This document shows positions 1-11,518 of a DNA stretch of 64,000 nt, in pieces (within the stretch, counting starts at the first letter, position 1; every line of letters starts with the position of its first letter). Source of the DNA: Nitrososphaeraceae archaeon (GTDB lineage Archaea > Thermoproteota > Nitrososphaeria > Nitrososphaerales > Nitrososphaeraceae); contig DATGZA010000091.1 in assembly GCA_035297365.1 (NCBI GenBank), positions 1 to 64,000 on the forward strand, read 5' to 3'. The notes under the pieces are model-generated. The model did no database searches and was not told the DNA's origin. It saw only the letters and a program-made list of their open reading frames with translations. Made by a program: the position numbers and the translations under genes.

Positions 1-378
1 TGGTTACCCTTGTTTTGGTTGTTAAAATAATTCAAAAGTTCTTAATTGATGTTAAAATTCTATTGGTTTTTGAATCCACTAATAATCTATAGGATATTAG
101 GGAAAATGCAGAGCACAATGATCATGAACGTAAAGTTGTGACTTATTTTTTAACAGTAGACAAATAGTATATACAAGAATGCTAATATAACTCAAACAAG
201 TAAAATAACTTGTATATTATAAAATTAAGAAAAAATAATCCTAATTGCTTATCAAAACAAGCAGATGAGTTGTTACAGAAGTGTTATGATTTGTCGTAAA
301 TCAAGGGATGCATACCAAACAAAAAAATATTTTTTATCAATCATATTTAATAATGATTAGTCACAGATCAAGATTTAA

Positions 379-813
379 TTGAAGGAGATAAAAGCTGAAA
401 TAAAAATTCTAGCTTCTGCAGAAAAAGTGTGGAATATAATCTCAGATTTTCAAAATTATTCTCAATGGAATCCAATTATTAAAAAGATTACAGGCGAACC
501 AAAGGTTGGAACAAAGATAGGTGTGCACTTGACTACAGTTGGAGGGAAAAATAGAGTATACCATCCTAAAATAATAAAAGTAGAGGCTCCCCATGAAATA
601 AGATGGTATGGCAAATTTTTTTCATCGGCAATTTTCAGTGGGGAACGGGTATTAACTATAGATAAAATTTCAGAAACTGAGGTAAATTTTACTAACAAAG
701 AGATCTTTTCTGGCCTTGGAGTTAAATTTTCACCCAAAAAAATGGAGGAAGATATCCTTGCCAGCTTTGAAGCTATGAATAATTCTCTCAAGAAAAAGAT
801 CGAATTAACATAA
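379..813 (+). CDS. SRPBCC/polyketide cyclase (START-like) domain protein
   Basis: 144 aa; 'I.ASAEKVWNIISDFQNYSQWNP' N-terminal motif and C-terminal helix 'FEAMNNSLKKKIE' typical of SRPBCC (DUF2867-like) proteins. Confidence 0.8.
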   Translation: MKEIKAEIKILASAEKVWNIISDFQNYSQWNPIIKKITGEPKVGTKIGVHLTTVGGKNRVYHPKIIKVEAPHEIRWYGKFFSSAIFSGERVLTIDKISETEVNFTNKEIFSGLGVKFSPKKMEEDILASFEAMNNSLKKKIELT

Positions 814-1434
814 ATAAGTGAGATTGCAGTTTCAGGTTAGATTTTTATACTGATCCATTGTATCTTCTATTATCAAGAAAATCTTTTATTATCGAAAAAA
901 ATTAATGACATTTTTATTTTATAACTAATTTTTGTTTGACCAAAATGATATTTCATCATAATAAATATGCTATCTTATCCAACTCGTTTATACAATCTTT
1001 CTTATTCATCAAATTTACAACAATATTACCCTCTTTACCAGCGAACCGTTGTATTGCAAGTTTAACTTACAATATATCTATAATAGATTGGCTAAATGTG
1101 TTAGGAATGATGATTAACACAACTAGACACATAAATTGCCTATTTAGAAATATCTCAAAATTGACTGTGGTCATCAATCTTATCCTTTGCTGAAATGATC
1201 TTCATATTAGGTTGAAATATTATTGTTATATCCACTTATTTTTATTTATTGTATAATAAACCCATAGAAAATTCTTTAACATTAAAAGTTCTACTATCCT
1301 AACACACTAGAAGAAGCTAAAAACATAAAGGGTCATGTCGCTTTTTGCAAAGTGATTGAAGAAACAAAAATAATCTTCGAATTTTTACGATTCATATTCA
1401 TGTATGTGAATAAATTAGTTCTCTTTATCTGGAT

Positions 1435-2535
1435 TTATTTGTCTGGATTTATTATCATCGTTTTCAATGTATCTTTTTTCCGAAATATCCATTCGATGGC
1501 TTCTTTTGATTGTTTTATTAAAAATTTATGAGTCACTATTTTTTTCACATTTATTATTTTCTTATCAATCATTTCAATTGCCTCTATTATCTCTTTATTG
1601 GATGCTGCATATGTAGTAATGATACTAATTTCTTTGGAATAAATTTCATCAATGTTTAGATCCATTTTCATTTCCTTTTGAGGTTCACCAAATATAAGAA
1701 TAATACCACCCTTTCTTATTATTTTGATCGAATCATTTAGGACACTCAAATCTGAAGTTGCGATTATTACCATATCTACAAACTCTTCACTGCTGGTAGG
1801 AAGGTTGTTTGCTATTTTTACTTTCCTTGAATTGAAAGATTTTCCCAGATTCAATCTATCATTATATGTGAGTCTATAGTCGTTTATATCAACACAGAAT
1901 ATTTTTCCAGCTCCCTTGATCTTAGCTAACATTGCATTTATCATTCCTATCGGACCGATACCAAAAATTAGAATTGTATCGCCTTCTACTAATTTTACCT
2001 TTTTCCATCCTCTAATACAACAGGCTAATGGTTCTATCATTATACCTTCTTCGGAACTTAAAGATTCTGGTAGCCTAAATATGGAGTCACTTTTCACTAT
2101 CCATTCTGGAATGACTATTTTTTCAGATATTCCACAAGGATACAGAGAATCAATAAATTTCTCGCACATTGTCTCATTCCCTTTAGTGCAAAAATAACAT
2201 TCATTGCATGGAGCATGATGGTGAACAAATACTCTTTCTCCTATACTTAAACCCCCAGGATTGGCATTACTGTCAAATTTTTCTAGAATTCCAACGACCT
2301 CATGTCCCAATTTAGAGGTAGGTTTACAGGAATTTCCGAAAACATTTCCTATATCTGACCCACAAATACCACAACCCTCTATTCTCACTAGCATTTCTCC
2401 TTTTTTTGGTACAGGTTCCTCAATATCCTCTAGAAAGATAGTAGATTCGGAGTAGTTTAGGAATTTCAATCTTTTTATGTAAAGTACAAAAAATTTAATA
2501 AAAACTATTCTAATTCTTTTATTGATAAAGATCAA
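1435..2535 (-). CDS. Zn-dependent medium-chain dehydrogenase (threonine/sorbitol dehydrogenase-like)
   Basis: GICGSD, LGHE, CxxCxxC...C structural Zn cluster, EPLAC, GIGPIG Rossmann motif; true start probably about 20 codons downstream of the track start. Confidence 0.85.
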   Translation of the reverse strand: MIFINKRIRIVFIKFFVLYIKRLKFLNYSESTIFLEDIEEPVPKKGEMLVRIEGCGICGSDIGNVFGNSCKPTSKLGHEVVGILEKFDSNANPGGLSIGERVFVHHHAPCNECYFCTKGNETMCEKFIDSLYPCGISEKIVIPEWIVKSDSIFRLPESLSSEEGIMIEPLACCIRGWKKVKLVEGDTILIFGIGPIGMINAMLAKIKGAGKIFCVDINDYRLTYNDRLNLGKSFNSRKVKIANNLPTSSEEFVDMVIIATSDLSVLNDSIKIIRKGGIILIFGEPQKEMKMDLNIDEIYSKEISIITTYAASNKEIIEAIEMIDKKIINVKKIVTHKFLIKQSKEAIEWIFRKKDTLKTMIINPDK

Positions 2536-2602
2536 TTCTTTCTAATACTCTTTTAGTAACAATAATCAATTTTAAATTAAACTGTGGTATTATGTGAGTA
2601 AA

Positions 2603-4108
2603 TTATCTTTTCAAATAAGACCTACATGCATTAACTATTCTTTCTGCATATCTGCTGTTCGAAAAATGTAAATGCATATAAGAAGCCAACGTATTGTACG
2701 TTAAAAGTCCATCCATGTTTGCATAAATCCCATTACCCTTTGATAACTTGTATATAAACACAGAATCATTTGGTATGTCTTGAATTTTGGAAAAGTGAAA
2801 TTCATGTCCTTTAAAAAGTCCCCCTTTTCCATAAATTGATTCTGTTATTATCTCTGCCTTTGTATAATTTAACACAAGCTTTCTTGTCATCTCTGTTGTT
2901 GCGTCTATGAGTCCAACCATCTCATATTTTTTGGGTTTTCTTGGATTGTCAGAGACTTTATCCAGATTTTTTTTGTGCTCTTTTTTATGGATTTTATTTT
3001 TATTGCTATTATCTTCTTTTTGTTCCAAAGAATTTAATTTTTCTGTTATGGTTTTTGTTAAATACATAAGTCCTCCACATTCTGCATATATAGGAATTTC
3101 TTTCTTTTCTCCTGCCTTCTTGATCTCCTTTAAAATTGAACGGTTTTCTGATAATTGTTTTGCCAATATTTCAGGAAATCCTCCTCCTATGATGATCCCT
3201 CCGATATTTTCAGGCAGTTTTTTATCCTTAATTGGGCTAAAAAAAACAATTTCTACATTATTTTCCCTTAATCTGTCCAAATTCTCTCTGTAATAAAAAT
3301 TAAAAGAACTATCTAAAGCAACTGCTACTTTCAGATCTGGTTTTATATTATAAATTGGATCTTTAATATCTATTTGCTGATTATTTTTGGTAATGTTTAG
3401 TAAGTCGATAACTTCCTCAATCTTAATACAATCGGCAATAATCTTTGCAGCATCCAATACCTTATTTCTCTGTTCACCTTCCAATTCTGGAACAGGAATT
3501 AAACCTAAATGTCTTTCGGACAAAACGAAATCATTATTTCTGTAAATTACTCCAATTATTGGTGCCTTTATTTTGTTGGCAAATGAATCTTTAATGAAGG
3601 TATAATGTCTTTTACTTGCTACATTATTTAGGATGATCCCTGCGATTTTTATTTTCATATCAAATAGAATATATCCATAAGCCATTGCTGCAATAGATCT
3701 TGCGGCTTTACTGGAATCGATAACCAAAATTACTTGGGATTGCAGTATCTTGACCATTTCTGAAGTACTTGCAATATCATTTTTTCCTCCTGCTCCATCA
3801 TACAATCCCATAACACCTTCAATTACAGCAATGTCCGCATTTTTTGTTACTCTCTCAAATGTATCTAAGACTCCTTTCTTTCCCATCAACCAGGTGTCAA
3901 GGTTATAGGAATAAGTATCTGTAATTACAGAATGATAAGATGGATCGATAAAATCAGGACCTACCTTGAATGATTGAATTCTATAACCCATTTTCTTCAA
4001 TTTATATAAAATTCCCAATGTGACAAATGTCTTACCTACTCCACTTGTAGTTCCTGCTACCGTAATGCTAGGAATCATCAATAATATTTGCAATATTTGA
4101 TATTTCAA
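2603..4108 (-). CDS. cbiA: cobyrinate a,c-diamide synthase
   Basis: SGVGKT P-loop, FKVGPDFIDP, EGVMGLYDG, ERHLGL, AECGGLMYL glutaminase Cys, GHEFH, SYMHLHF. Confidence 0.93.
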   Translation of the reverse strand: MKYQILQILLMIPSITVAGTTSGVGKTFVTLGILYKLKKMGYRIQSFKVGPDFIDPSYHSVITDTYSYNLDTWLMGKKGVLDTFERVTKNADIAVIEGVMGLYDGAGGKNDIASTSEMVKILQSQVILVIDSSKAARSIAAMAYGYILFDMKIKIAGIILNNVASKRHYTFIKDSFANKIKAPIIGVIYRNNDFVLSERHLGLIPVPELEGEQRNKVLDAAKIIADCIKIEEVIDLLNITKNNQQIDIKDPIYNIKPDLKVAVALDSSFNFYYRENLDRLRENNVEIVFFSPIKDKKLPENIGGIIIGGGFPEILAKQLSENRSILKEIKKAGEKKEIPIYAECGGLMYLTKTITEKLNSLEQKEDNSNKNKIHKKEHKKNLDKVSDNPRKPKKYEMVGLIDATTEMTRKLVLNYTKAEIITESIYGKGGLFKGHEFHFSKIQDIPNDSVFIYKLSKGNGIYANMDGLLTYNTLASYMHLHFSNSRYAERIVNACRSYLKR

Positions 4109-4135
4109 TTTTGTTTTTGCAGTTCTAGGCTAAAA

Positions 4136-5932
4136 CTATTTTAATCGAGTTTTTCTGAGCATTCTGTTGTATGATAATCCAAATCTATGTGCCTCATCTC
4201 TTATAGATTGAATTAGATGCATCACAGGTTCTTTTTTTGATATTTTAAGTGATTCTCTCTCCCAAGGAAGGAATATTTCCTCATTTTGTTTTGCCAGAGC
4301 AATTGTATGTATACATAAATTTTTTTCAGTTAAAGCCTTGATAGCAGAATTCAGTTGAGCTCTACCCCCATCTATTATAATGAGGTTGGGAAGAGAATCG
4401 ATTAATCTCTTGTTATTTGTATATTGAATTGGAAACAATTCATCACTATTGGGTTCCTGAATGATAACATTTTTGTTATTGCCTTCTTCAACGTCATTAA
4501 TTTTATATTGTTTTTCAGAGGGTTTTTCCCGGTGTTTTTCATACCTTCTTCCTACTATCTCATTTATCATTCTAACGTCATCTTGTGTGTCTTTTAGTGT
4601 TTGTATCTTAAAGCGTCTATAACCACTTTTAAAACTGGTTCCGTTAACAAATCTAACACAGGATCCTACAGCAAAAGATGTTCCAAAATTAGATATATCA
4701 AAGCAATCTATTATTAATGGAGTTTCTTTTAAATTAATGAGATCCCTTAGATTGCCCAAAACAGGATTGTATTTTTTCTCGATCCGGATAGAGAGATTTT
4801 TCAGGATTAACTTCATTAAATCGAATCGACCATTATCTTGCTTTGATCTTTTTATTTTGTTAATATTAACAATATGTCCTGAAAGTTTTTTAAATGTTAC
4901 TTCTAGTAGATTTCTAGATTCTGGAATCTCGTTCACGTAGATAGTTTCTGGTATGTTGGATACGGAAGAATAATACTGTAGTAAAAACGATGAAAAATTA
5001 TTATCCCCTAAAATGTCAAATTCAAATTGTTTTGTGTCACTTATGACACCACAAGATCTTGTCAATATCATTACATAACCTGTCTGATTTAATTTATCCA
5101 CTTTGAATCCTACATATTCCTCATCCTTCTTCTCAATTAGGTCGATTTTTTGTTTTATTTTTAAATTTTCTACTGTTCTTATTGTATCCCTTATTTCTTT
5201 AGCATGTTCATAATCTTGTCTATTCGAAGCTTCAATCATGTCTTTATTCATTCTTGTCAAGAAATCTTGTATGCCATCTCTTTTTTTTAATATCTGTTTT
5301 AGCGAATTGATATTCTCATGATATTTTTCCATCGTTATCTTTTGGATACAGGGGGCATCACAATTATTTATGAAATATTCTAAACACGGTTTTTTAGGTA
5401 AACGATTGCATATTCTTACCTTGAATATTTTTCTTAGCGTTCCAATGGAGATGAATCTAGAACTTCCATACACAAATGGCCCGAAAATCTCTCCTTCTGG
5501 CCCTGTGAAATCACCCTTCCTGTTCCTTCTCGCTACCAATAATCTGGGAAATGTTTCATCCGTGATCTTTAGATATGTATATCTTTCTTGGTCTTTTAAT
5601 TCGATATTGAAAATCGGTCTGTATTGTTTAATCAGATTGGCTTCAAGCAAAAAAGCTTCGACTTCATTATCGGTTATTATAAATTCAATTTCTGAAATTT
5701 TTTGCAACAATTTTTTATTTTTCCATATAATTTTGTCATTATCAATGTTTTTATGTTTCCATCTAAATCCATCTGTATTTATAAGATCAAAATAGTTGCA
5801 AATTCTTTTTTTGAGGCTTTTTGCCTTTCCTATGTATATTATTTTATCCTTGTCGTCTTTCATCAAATAGATTCCTGGGTCGGATGGAAAAGCCTTACAC
5901 GCCTTCTTTAATTCAGAATAAGGGGATATCAT
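4136..5932 (-). CDS. uvrC: excinuclease ABC subunit C
   Basis: GIY-YIG (PGIYLM...IYIGKAK), Cys cluster, UVR domain, RNase H-like CFDISN / IIDGG / IRDEAHRF; follows uvrA. Confidence 0.95.
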   Translation of the reverse strand: MISPYSELKKACKAFPSDPGIYLMKDDKDKIIYIGKAKSLKKRICNYFDLINTDGFRWKHKNIDNDKIIWKNKKLLQKISEIEFIITDNEVEAFLLEANLIKQYRPIFNIELKDQERYTYLKITDETFPRLLVARRNRKGDFTGPEGEIFGPFVYGSSRFISIGTLRKIFKVRICNRLPKKPCLEYFINNCDAPCIQKITMEKYHENINSLKQILKKRDGIQDFLTRMNKDMIEASNRQDYEHAKEIRDTIRTVENLKIKQKIDLIEKKDEEYVGFKVDKLNQTGYVMILTRSCGVISDTKQFEFDILGDNNFSSFLLQYYSSVSNIPETIYVNEIPESRNLLEVTFKKLSGHIVNINKIKRSKQDNGRFDLMKLILKNLSIRIEKKYNPVLGNLRDLINLKETPLIIDCFDISNFGTSFAVGSCVRFVNGTSFKSGYRRFKIQTLKDTQDDVRMINEIVGRRYEKHREKPSEKQYKINDVEEGNNKNVIIQEPNSDELFPIQYTNNKRLIDSLPNLIIIDGGRAQLNSAIKALTEKNLCIHTIALAKQNEEIFLPWERESLKISKKEPVMHLIQSIRDEAHRFGLSYNRMLRKTRLK

Positions 5933-5955
5933 TTTTTCATCTTTTTTTGCTGATT

Positions 5956-8889
5956 TTATTTTGATATTTGTTTCGAGAGATTTAATATTCTATTCATTTT
6001 AGTTTTCAAATATTTCACTGTGTAGCTTTCGGTGACGTCTTCTAATAATTCTTCTGGCGTTCCTGAGGTAACAAGGGTTCCACCTTCGGTTCCACCTTCT
6101 GGCCCTAAATCATTTATCCAATCTCCACTTACAATAACATCTAGATTATGTTCAATTACTATAACTGTATTTCCTAACTCTGTCAATCTTTTTAACACTT
6201 TTAACAATTTTTTAACGTCAGAAAAATGAAGACCTGTAGTTGGTTCGTCTAATATGTATAGTGTCTTTCCGGTATATCTGCGTGAAAGTTCTGATGCAAG
6301 TTTTATTCTTTGCGCTTCTCCACCAGAAAAAGTAGTAGCAGATTGACCTAATTTGATGTATCCTAATCCAACATCATATAACGTCCTCAGTTTCTTGTAG
6401 ACTATGGGAATATTTCTGAAAAATTCCATTGCCTCTTCGACAGTAAAATTCAAAATATCGTATATCGTTTTCTCTTTATATTTTACTAATAGTGTCTCTG
6501 AATTGTACCTTTTTCCAACACATTCATCACATTTAACGTACACGTCAGGTAAAAATTGCATTTCTATTTTTTTTACTCCACATCCTTCACATGCTTCACA
6601 TCTGCCTCCACTAACATTAAAAGAAAATCTTCCTTGGGAATATCCCATTTCTCTTGACCTTATAGTTTTCGAAAACAATTCTCTTATAGGAGTAAATGCG
6701 TTGACATATGTAGCTGCATTAGACCTGGGTGTTCTTCCGATTGGAGATTGGTCAATTCCTATTACTTTATCTATATATTCTATTCCTGTGATCTCATCAT
6801 ATTTTCCTGGTTCTTCTTTCCCGCCAAAATGATTCATAATTGCTTTAAACAAGATGTCATTTACTAATGTTGATTTTCCAGAACCTGACACTCCAGTTAC
6901 AACTGTGAGAAAACCAATTGGGAATTTTACATTAATACGTTTCAAGTTATTTGAATTAGCTCCATATACTACCAGCCATTTGTCCATTTTTCCTTTAGCT
7001 TTTGAAAATATTGCAGCATTTTTTTCACCTCTAAGATATTTACCAGTTACAGAATTAACACTGTTCATAATATCTGAAATCGTTCCCTCCGCTACTATTT
7101 TTCCACCATGGATCCCTGCTCCAGGACCAATATCAATAATCCAATCTGAATTTCGAATAACGTCTTCGTCATGTTCCACAATTATTAAAGTATTATCTAA
7201 ATTACGTAGTCTTTTTAGGGTCTTTAATAATCTGTCATTGTCTCTTTGATGTAACCCTATAGTGGGTTCATCTAATACATAAAGAACCCCAGTAAGATTA
7301 GATCCTATTTGAGTTGCAAGTCTTATTCTTTGAGATTCTCCGCCAGATAAAGAACCAGTTGTTCTATTCAAGGTTAAATAGTTCAATCCTACATTTTTCA
7401 AGAATTCTAACCGAGAAAGGGTTTCCTTCAATACGTTTTTTGCGATCTCTCTTTCAATAGGTTTGAGATCCAATCCTATAAAAAATTGATAACAATCATC
7501 TATTGAAAGGTCACATATTTCCATAATAGACTTATTTCTTATCTTTACTGATAATGATTCTTCATTTAATCTTCTTCCGTTGCATTTTTCACAGAGCCTT
7601 TCTTTCATAAATTTAGTTAATGTATCTCTTTTGATATCTGATTCTGTAGTTTTGTATATCCTCTCTAAATTTGGAATAACTCCCTCAAAATTAGAATTAT
7701 ATTCCCATTTACTCTGGGAATATTTTGATTCGTATTTGAAATGAATATTTTCATTCGTACCGTATAAAATAACCCTGATTTGTTCAGAATTCAATTTGCA
7801 TACCGGTATATTTAAATTAAATCCGTATTTTCTGCCAACATCTTTAAGCATAGATGCTCTAAAAGAAGCGAACTTTCCTGTCCAAGGAACAATAGCTCCC
7901 TCTAAGATACTCTTACTTTTGTCAGGTATAATTAATTCAGGGTCGAATTCTATCTTTATTCCGAGACCATTACAACTGTGACATGCACCAAATGGGGAAT
8001 TAAAAGAGAAAGATCTAGGTTCGAGATTTCCTACACTGATACTACAATAAGGACAAGAGTTGTGTTGTGAAAATAGATAATTTTGATTGTCTACAAAGCA
8101 AATTATAATACCATCTCCTAAATTAGCAGCCGACTGTAGATCTTCAAATAACCGGCTTCTCTCTTCCCGAATAGGCTTTAATCTATCAATAACTATCTCA
8201 ATATCATGTTTTTTTTGCTTTTCTAAATTTAATGTAGGATAATTCAAAGAGTCATTACTACTAGAATTTTGATCATCTGAATAATTATTGTTATACATAC
8301 TTTGCTCCATTTCATTATCAAGATTTACAACTTTACCATCCACTCTTAGTCTGGAATATCCTTTTTTTCTCATATCATCAAACAGCCTGTCAAAAGTGCC
8401 TTTTTTTCCTCTTATTATTGGTGATAAAATCATAATCGCCTCTTTATCTTGTGATAATCTCATAATCGATTCAGTGATAGAATCAATTGTCTGACTAGTT
8501 ATTTTTCTATGACATCTTGGACAAAATGGTATTCCAATTTTCGCAAACAATAGCCTCAAATAGTCATAAATTTCCGTCACAGTTCCAACAGTAGATCTAG
8601 GATTTTTGTTAGTAGTTTTCTGTTGTATGGAAATAGCTGGTGACAACCCTTCAATTGAATCCACATCTGGTTTTTCCATTAATTCAAGAAACTGTCTTGC
8701 ATATGCTGATAATGATTCGACGTACCTTCTTTGTCCTTCAGCATAAATAGTATCAAACGCAAGAGTCGATTTTCCTGATCCAGAAAGACCAGTTAATACT
8801 ATTATTTTCTTTTTGGGTATTTCGAGATCAATATTTTTTAAATTATGTTGTTTTGCACCTTTTATTACGAGCTTATCTATCATAATCAA
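5956..8889 (-). CDS. uvrA: excinuclease ABC subunit A
   Basis: two ABC ATPase modules (GLSGSGKS, GVSGSGKS; LSGGESQR, FSGGEAQR) and Zn-finger Cys clusters. Confidence 0.97.
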   Translation of the reverse strand: MIMIDKLVIKGAKQHNLKNIDLEIPKKKIIVLTGLSGSGKSTLAFDTIYAEGQRRYVESLSAYARQFLELMEKPDVDSIEGLSPAISIQQKTTNKNPRSTVGTVTEIYDYLRLLFAKIGIPFCPRCHRKITSQTIDSITESIMRLSQDKEAIMILSPIIRGKKGTFDRLFDDMRKKGYSRLRVDGKVVNLDNEMEQSMYNNNYSDDQNSSSNDSLNYPTLNLEKQKKHDIEIVIDRLKPIREERSRLFEDLQSAANLGDGIIICFVDNQNYLFSQHNSCPYCSISVGNLEPRSFSFNSPFGACHSCNGLGIKIEFDPELIIPDKSKSILEGAIVPWTGKFASFRASMLKDVGRKYGFNLNIPVCKLNSEQIRVILYGTNENIHFKYESKYSQSKWEYNSNFEGVIPNLERIYKTTESDIKRDTLTKFMKERLCEKCNGRRLNEESLSVKIRNKSIMEICDLSIDDCYQFFIGLDLKPIEREIAKNVLKETLSRLEFLKNVGLNYLTLNRTTGSLSGGESQRIRLATQIGSNLTGVLYVLDEPTIGLHQRDNDRLLKTLKRLRNLDNTLIIVEHDEDVIRNSDWIIDIGPGAGIHGGKIVAEGTISDIMNSVNSVTGKYLRGEKNAAIFSKAKGKMDKWLVVYGANSNNLKRINVKFPIGFLTVVTGVSGSGKSTLVNDILFKAIMNHFGGKEEPGKYDEITGIEYIDKVIGIDQSPIGRTPRSNAATYVNAFTPIRELFSKTIRSREMGYSQGRFSFNVSGGRCEACEGCGVKKIEMQFLPDVYVKCDECVGKRYNSETLLVKYKEKTIYDILNFTVEEAMEFFRNIPIVYKKLRTLYDVGLGYIKLGQSATTFSGGEAQRIKLASELSRRYTGKTLYILDEPTTGLHFSDVKKLLKVLKRLTELGNTVIVIEHNLDVIVSGDWINDLGPEGGTEGGTLVTSGTPEELLEDVTESYTVKYLKTKMNRILNLSKQISK

Positions 8890-10856
8890 ATGATCTCTAT
8901 AATTCCAAGTTCATTGTTAATTTTTTTCAACTTATCTCTATATTCAATAGCCTTTTCAAATTCCAACTCCTCTGCAAATTTTTTCATGATAGTTTCAGTT
9001 TCTATAGATAATTTCAACAAATCTTTTCTGCTCATTGCTTTTAAAATCTCGTAATCTTTTCTTGGATTATCTTGGTTTAAAATAGGCTTGAGTATGGATT
9101 TAGGGGTGATTTTGTTTTGTATATTATATTCCATCTGTTTTTTCCTTCTTCTATCTGTTTCATTTATGGCAGTTTTCATTGATTTCGTAATTTTTTCACA
9201 ATACATGATTACTTTGCCTTCAATATTTCTGGCTGCTCTTCCGAAGGTTTGAATTAAACTGATTTCATTACGTAAAAACCCCTCTTTATCTGCATCCAAT
9301 ATTACAACTAACGCAACTTCTGGAATATCTAATCCTTCCCTAAGCAAATTAATACCAACGAGAACGTCAAAATCTCCGAGTCTCAGCTGACGAATCAAAT
9401 CAGTTCTTTCCAAACCTTGGATTTCAGAATGCAAATATCTTACTTTGATATCTTTTTTTGAAAGAAATTCCGCAAGGTCTTCTGCCATCCTCTTTGTTAT
9501 GGTTGTTATCAGAATTCGTTGATTTTTCTCAACGCTTTTTCTTATTTCTGAAATTAAATCAACAATCTGGTCACTAGTAGATCTAACTTCAATTTCAGGA
9601 TCTAATAAACCGGTTGGTCTCACAAGTTGTTCGACCACATTACGGCTAGAATCTAATTCATAAGATGACGGTGTAGCTGAAACATAAATAACTTTGTTCA
9701 AATATTTTTCAAATTCCTTGAAGTTTAGCGGTCTATTGTCAAAAGCGCTTGGTAATCTAAAACCATATTCTACAAGTGTCTTTTTTCTTGTATGATCTCC
9801 ATTATACATTGCTCTAAGTTGAGGAATAGTTACGTGCGACTCATCTATTACAACCAAAAAATCATCACCAAAAAAATCTAATAGACAATATGGCGGTTCT
9901 CCTTTTTTTCTGTTATCAAAATGACGAGAGTAATTTTCAATTCCAGAACAATATCCTAATTCCTTTAACATTTCCAAATCATATTTAGTTCTAGAACGTA
10001 ATCTTTCCTTTTCTAGCTCGCCTTTCAATTTTGGGATCCATTCTTTTAATTCTGTATCTATGGAACTTATGGCTTTTTCCCTGATCTTTTCGTCTATAAC
10101 ATAGTGTTTAGCAGGAAATATCTTTATTCCGGTAACATTCCTTATTTTCCTTAATGTAATAGGATCATGTATGCTTAGATTTTCAATCTCATCTCCAAGT
10201 AACCCAATTCTAACTATATCATTTGAATAGCCGGGAAATATGTCAATTACATCTCCTTTTGCTCTAAAATTTCCTTGAATTAATGCGGTGTCATTTCTTT
10301 CATATCTTGATTCTATCAGCTTACGAATTATTTCTTTGCGATTTGTAATACTTCCTTTGCAGAGAGAAATAGAATTCTTCGCCCATTCTATCGGGGACCC
10401 TAAAGAGTAAATACATGAAACTGTAGCAACAATAATAGTTGGTTCGCCTGACATCAACATTGCAGTAGCTTCTAGTCTCATTTTCTCAATTATTTCGTTT
10501 ACCTCTGTATCTTTTTCAATATATGTATCAGTTTGGGGAATATAACTTTCAGGTTGGTAATAATCGTAAAAACTAACAAAATATCCAACATTATTTTCAG
10601 GAAAAAAATCTTTAAATTCTGAATAAAGTTGGCTAGCCAATGTCTTGTTTGGAGAAATAACAAGTGTATTCTTATTAATCCCTGCAATCACGTTAGCTAT
10701 TGTAAAAGTTTTTCCACTTCCAGTCACGCCCAACAATGTTTGAACTGATCTTTTTTTTGTTTCTAGTCCTTTCTTTAACTCATCTATAGCTTTTTGTTGA
10801 TCTCCTCCGGTAGAAAAAGATGTATTCAGCTCGAAAATTAAAGAAATTCTTTCCAA
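8886..10856 (-). CDS. uvrB: excinuclease ABC subunit B
   Basis: LLGVTGSGKT, FYDYYQPESY beta-hairpin, DESH, GFRLPSAFDNRPL, C-terminal UVR domain. Confidence 0.97.
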   Translation of the reverse strand: MERISLIFELNTSFSTGGDQQKAIDELKKGLETKKRSVQTLLGVTGSGKTFTIANVIAGINKNTLVISPNKTLASQLYSEFKDFFPENNVGYFVSFYDYYQPESYIPQTDTYIEKDTEVNEIIEKMRLEATAMLMSGEPTIIVATVSCIYSLGSPIEWAKNSISLCKGSITNRKEIIRKLIESRYERNDTALIQGNFRAKGDVIDIFPGYSNDIVRIGLLGDEIENLSIHDPITLRKIRNVTGIKIFPAKHYVIDEKIREKAISSIDTELKEWIPKLKGELEKERLRSRTKYDLEMLKELGYCSGIENYSRHFDNRKKGEPPYCLLDFFGDDFLVVIDESHVTIPQLRAMYNGDHTRKKTLVEYGFRLPSAFDNRPLNFKEFEKYLNKVIYVSATPSSYELDSSRNVVEQLVRPTGLLDPEIEVRSTSDQIVDLISEIRKSVEKNQRILITTITKRMAEDLAEFLSKKDIKVRYLHSEIQGLERTDLIRQLRLGDFDVLVGINLLREGLDIPEVALVVILDADKEGFLRNEISLIQTFGRAARNIEGKVIMYCEKITKSMKTAINETDRRRKKQMEYNIQNKITPKSILKPILNQDNPRKDYEILKAMSRKDLLKLSIETETIMKKFAEELEFEKAIEYRDKLKKINNELGIIEII

Positions 10857-10888
10857 TTTAAGAAAAAATTTAAATTTTTATAAAAAAG

Positions 10889-11437
10889 TTACTCCTTCCA
10901 CTTGATAGAACATCCTATAGAAGGATCGAAATCCTTTTCTATTCTTTCTGCATTTATTATTTTTTTTATATTTTGCTGCATTATGTGTTTCTGTGGCTTC
11001 GATCCTGGCTCGATCGCATCGTTTATTCTCCCATGAAAAACCAAAGTTTTATTAGAGTCGAACAAAAATGGATCTGGAGTACATACAGCACCATATAACT
11101 TTGCAATTTCTTGTGTTTCATCTATAAGATAGGGGAAATTCAAGTTATTTTGTTTTGCAAATTCCTTCATGTTATCAAAACCTTCATCTTGATAAGAAGG
11201 ATCATTACTATTGATTGCGATTATTTGAAGGTCATCAGTATTAAATCCGGACTGCAAATCAACAATGTCATTTATTCTTGCTTTAACAAACGGACAGTGG
11301 TTACAAATAAAAATAACCAAGAGCGTTCTACTGTTAAAATCATTTAATGAATAATTTTTTTCATCTATACCTTTCAGGGTAAAATCAGGAGCTTTCTGCC
11401 CTGTTAATAATTTCTTATTTGAGATAGTTCTGACCAT
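10889..11437 (-). CDS. thioredoxin-like/AhpC-TSA family protein
   Basis: FICNHCPFV, INSND, YGAVCTPD, SIGCSIKW motifs. Confidence 0.9.
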   Translation of the reverse strand: MVRTISNKKLLTGQKAPDFTLKGIDEKNYSLNDFNSRTLLVIFICNHCPFVKARINDIVDLQSGFNTDDLQIIAINSNDPSYQDEGFDNMKEFAKQNNLNFPYLIDETQEIAKLYGAVCTPDPFLFDSNKTLVFHGRINDAIEPGSKPQKHIMQQNIKKIINAERIEKDFDPSIGCSIKWKE

Positions 11438-11518
11438 AAATCAAGAAATATCATTCCGGTACATATATTTTCGTTTTCGATTTTAAGTTCGGTTATTAAA
11501 AAAAGTGGATATGAAAAG

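Noticed and set aside
936-1193. 85-aa ORF downstream of the SRPBCC gene
   Set aside because: Composition looks like translated AT-rich intergenic DNA; no motif.
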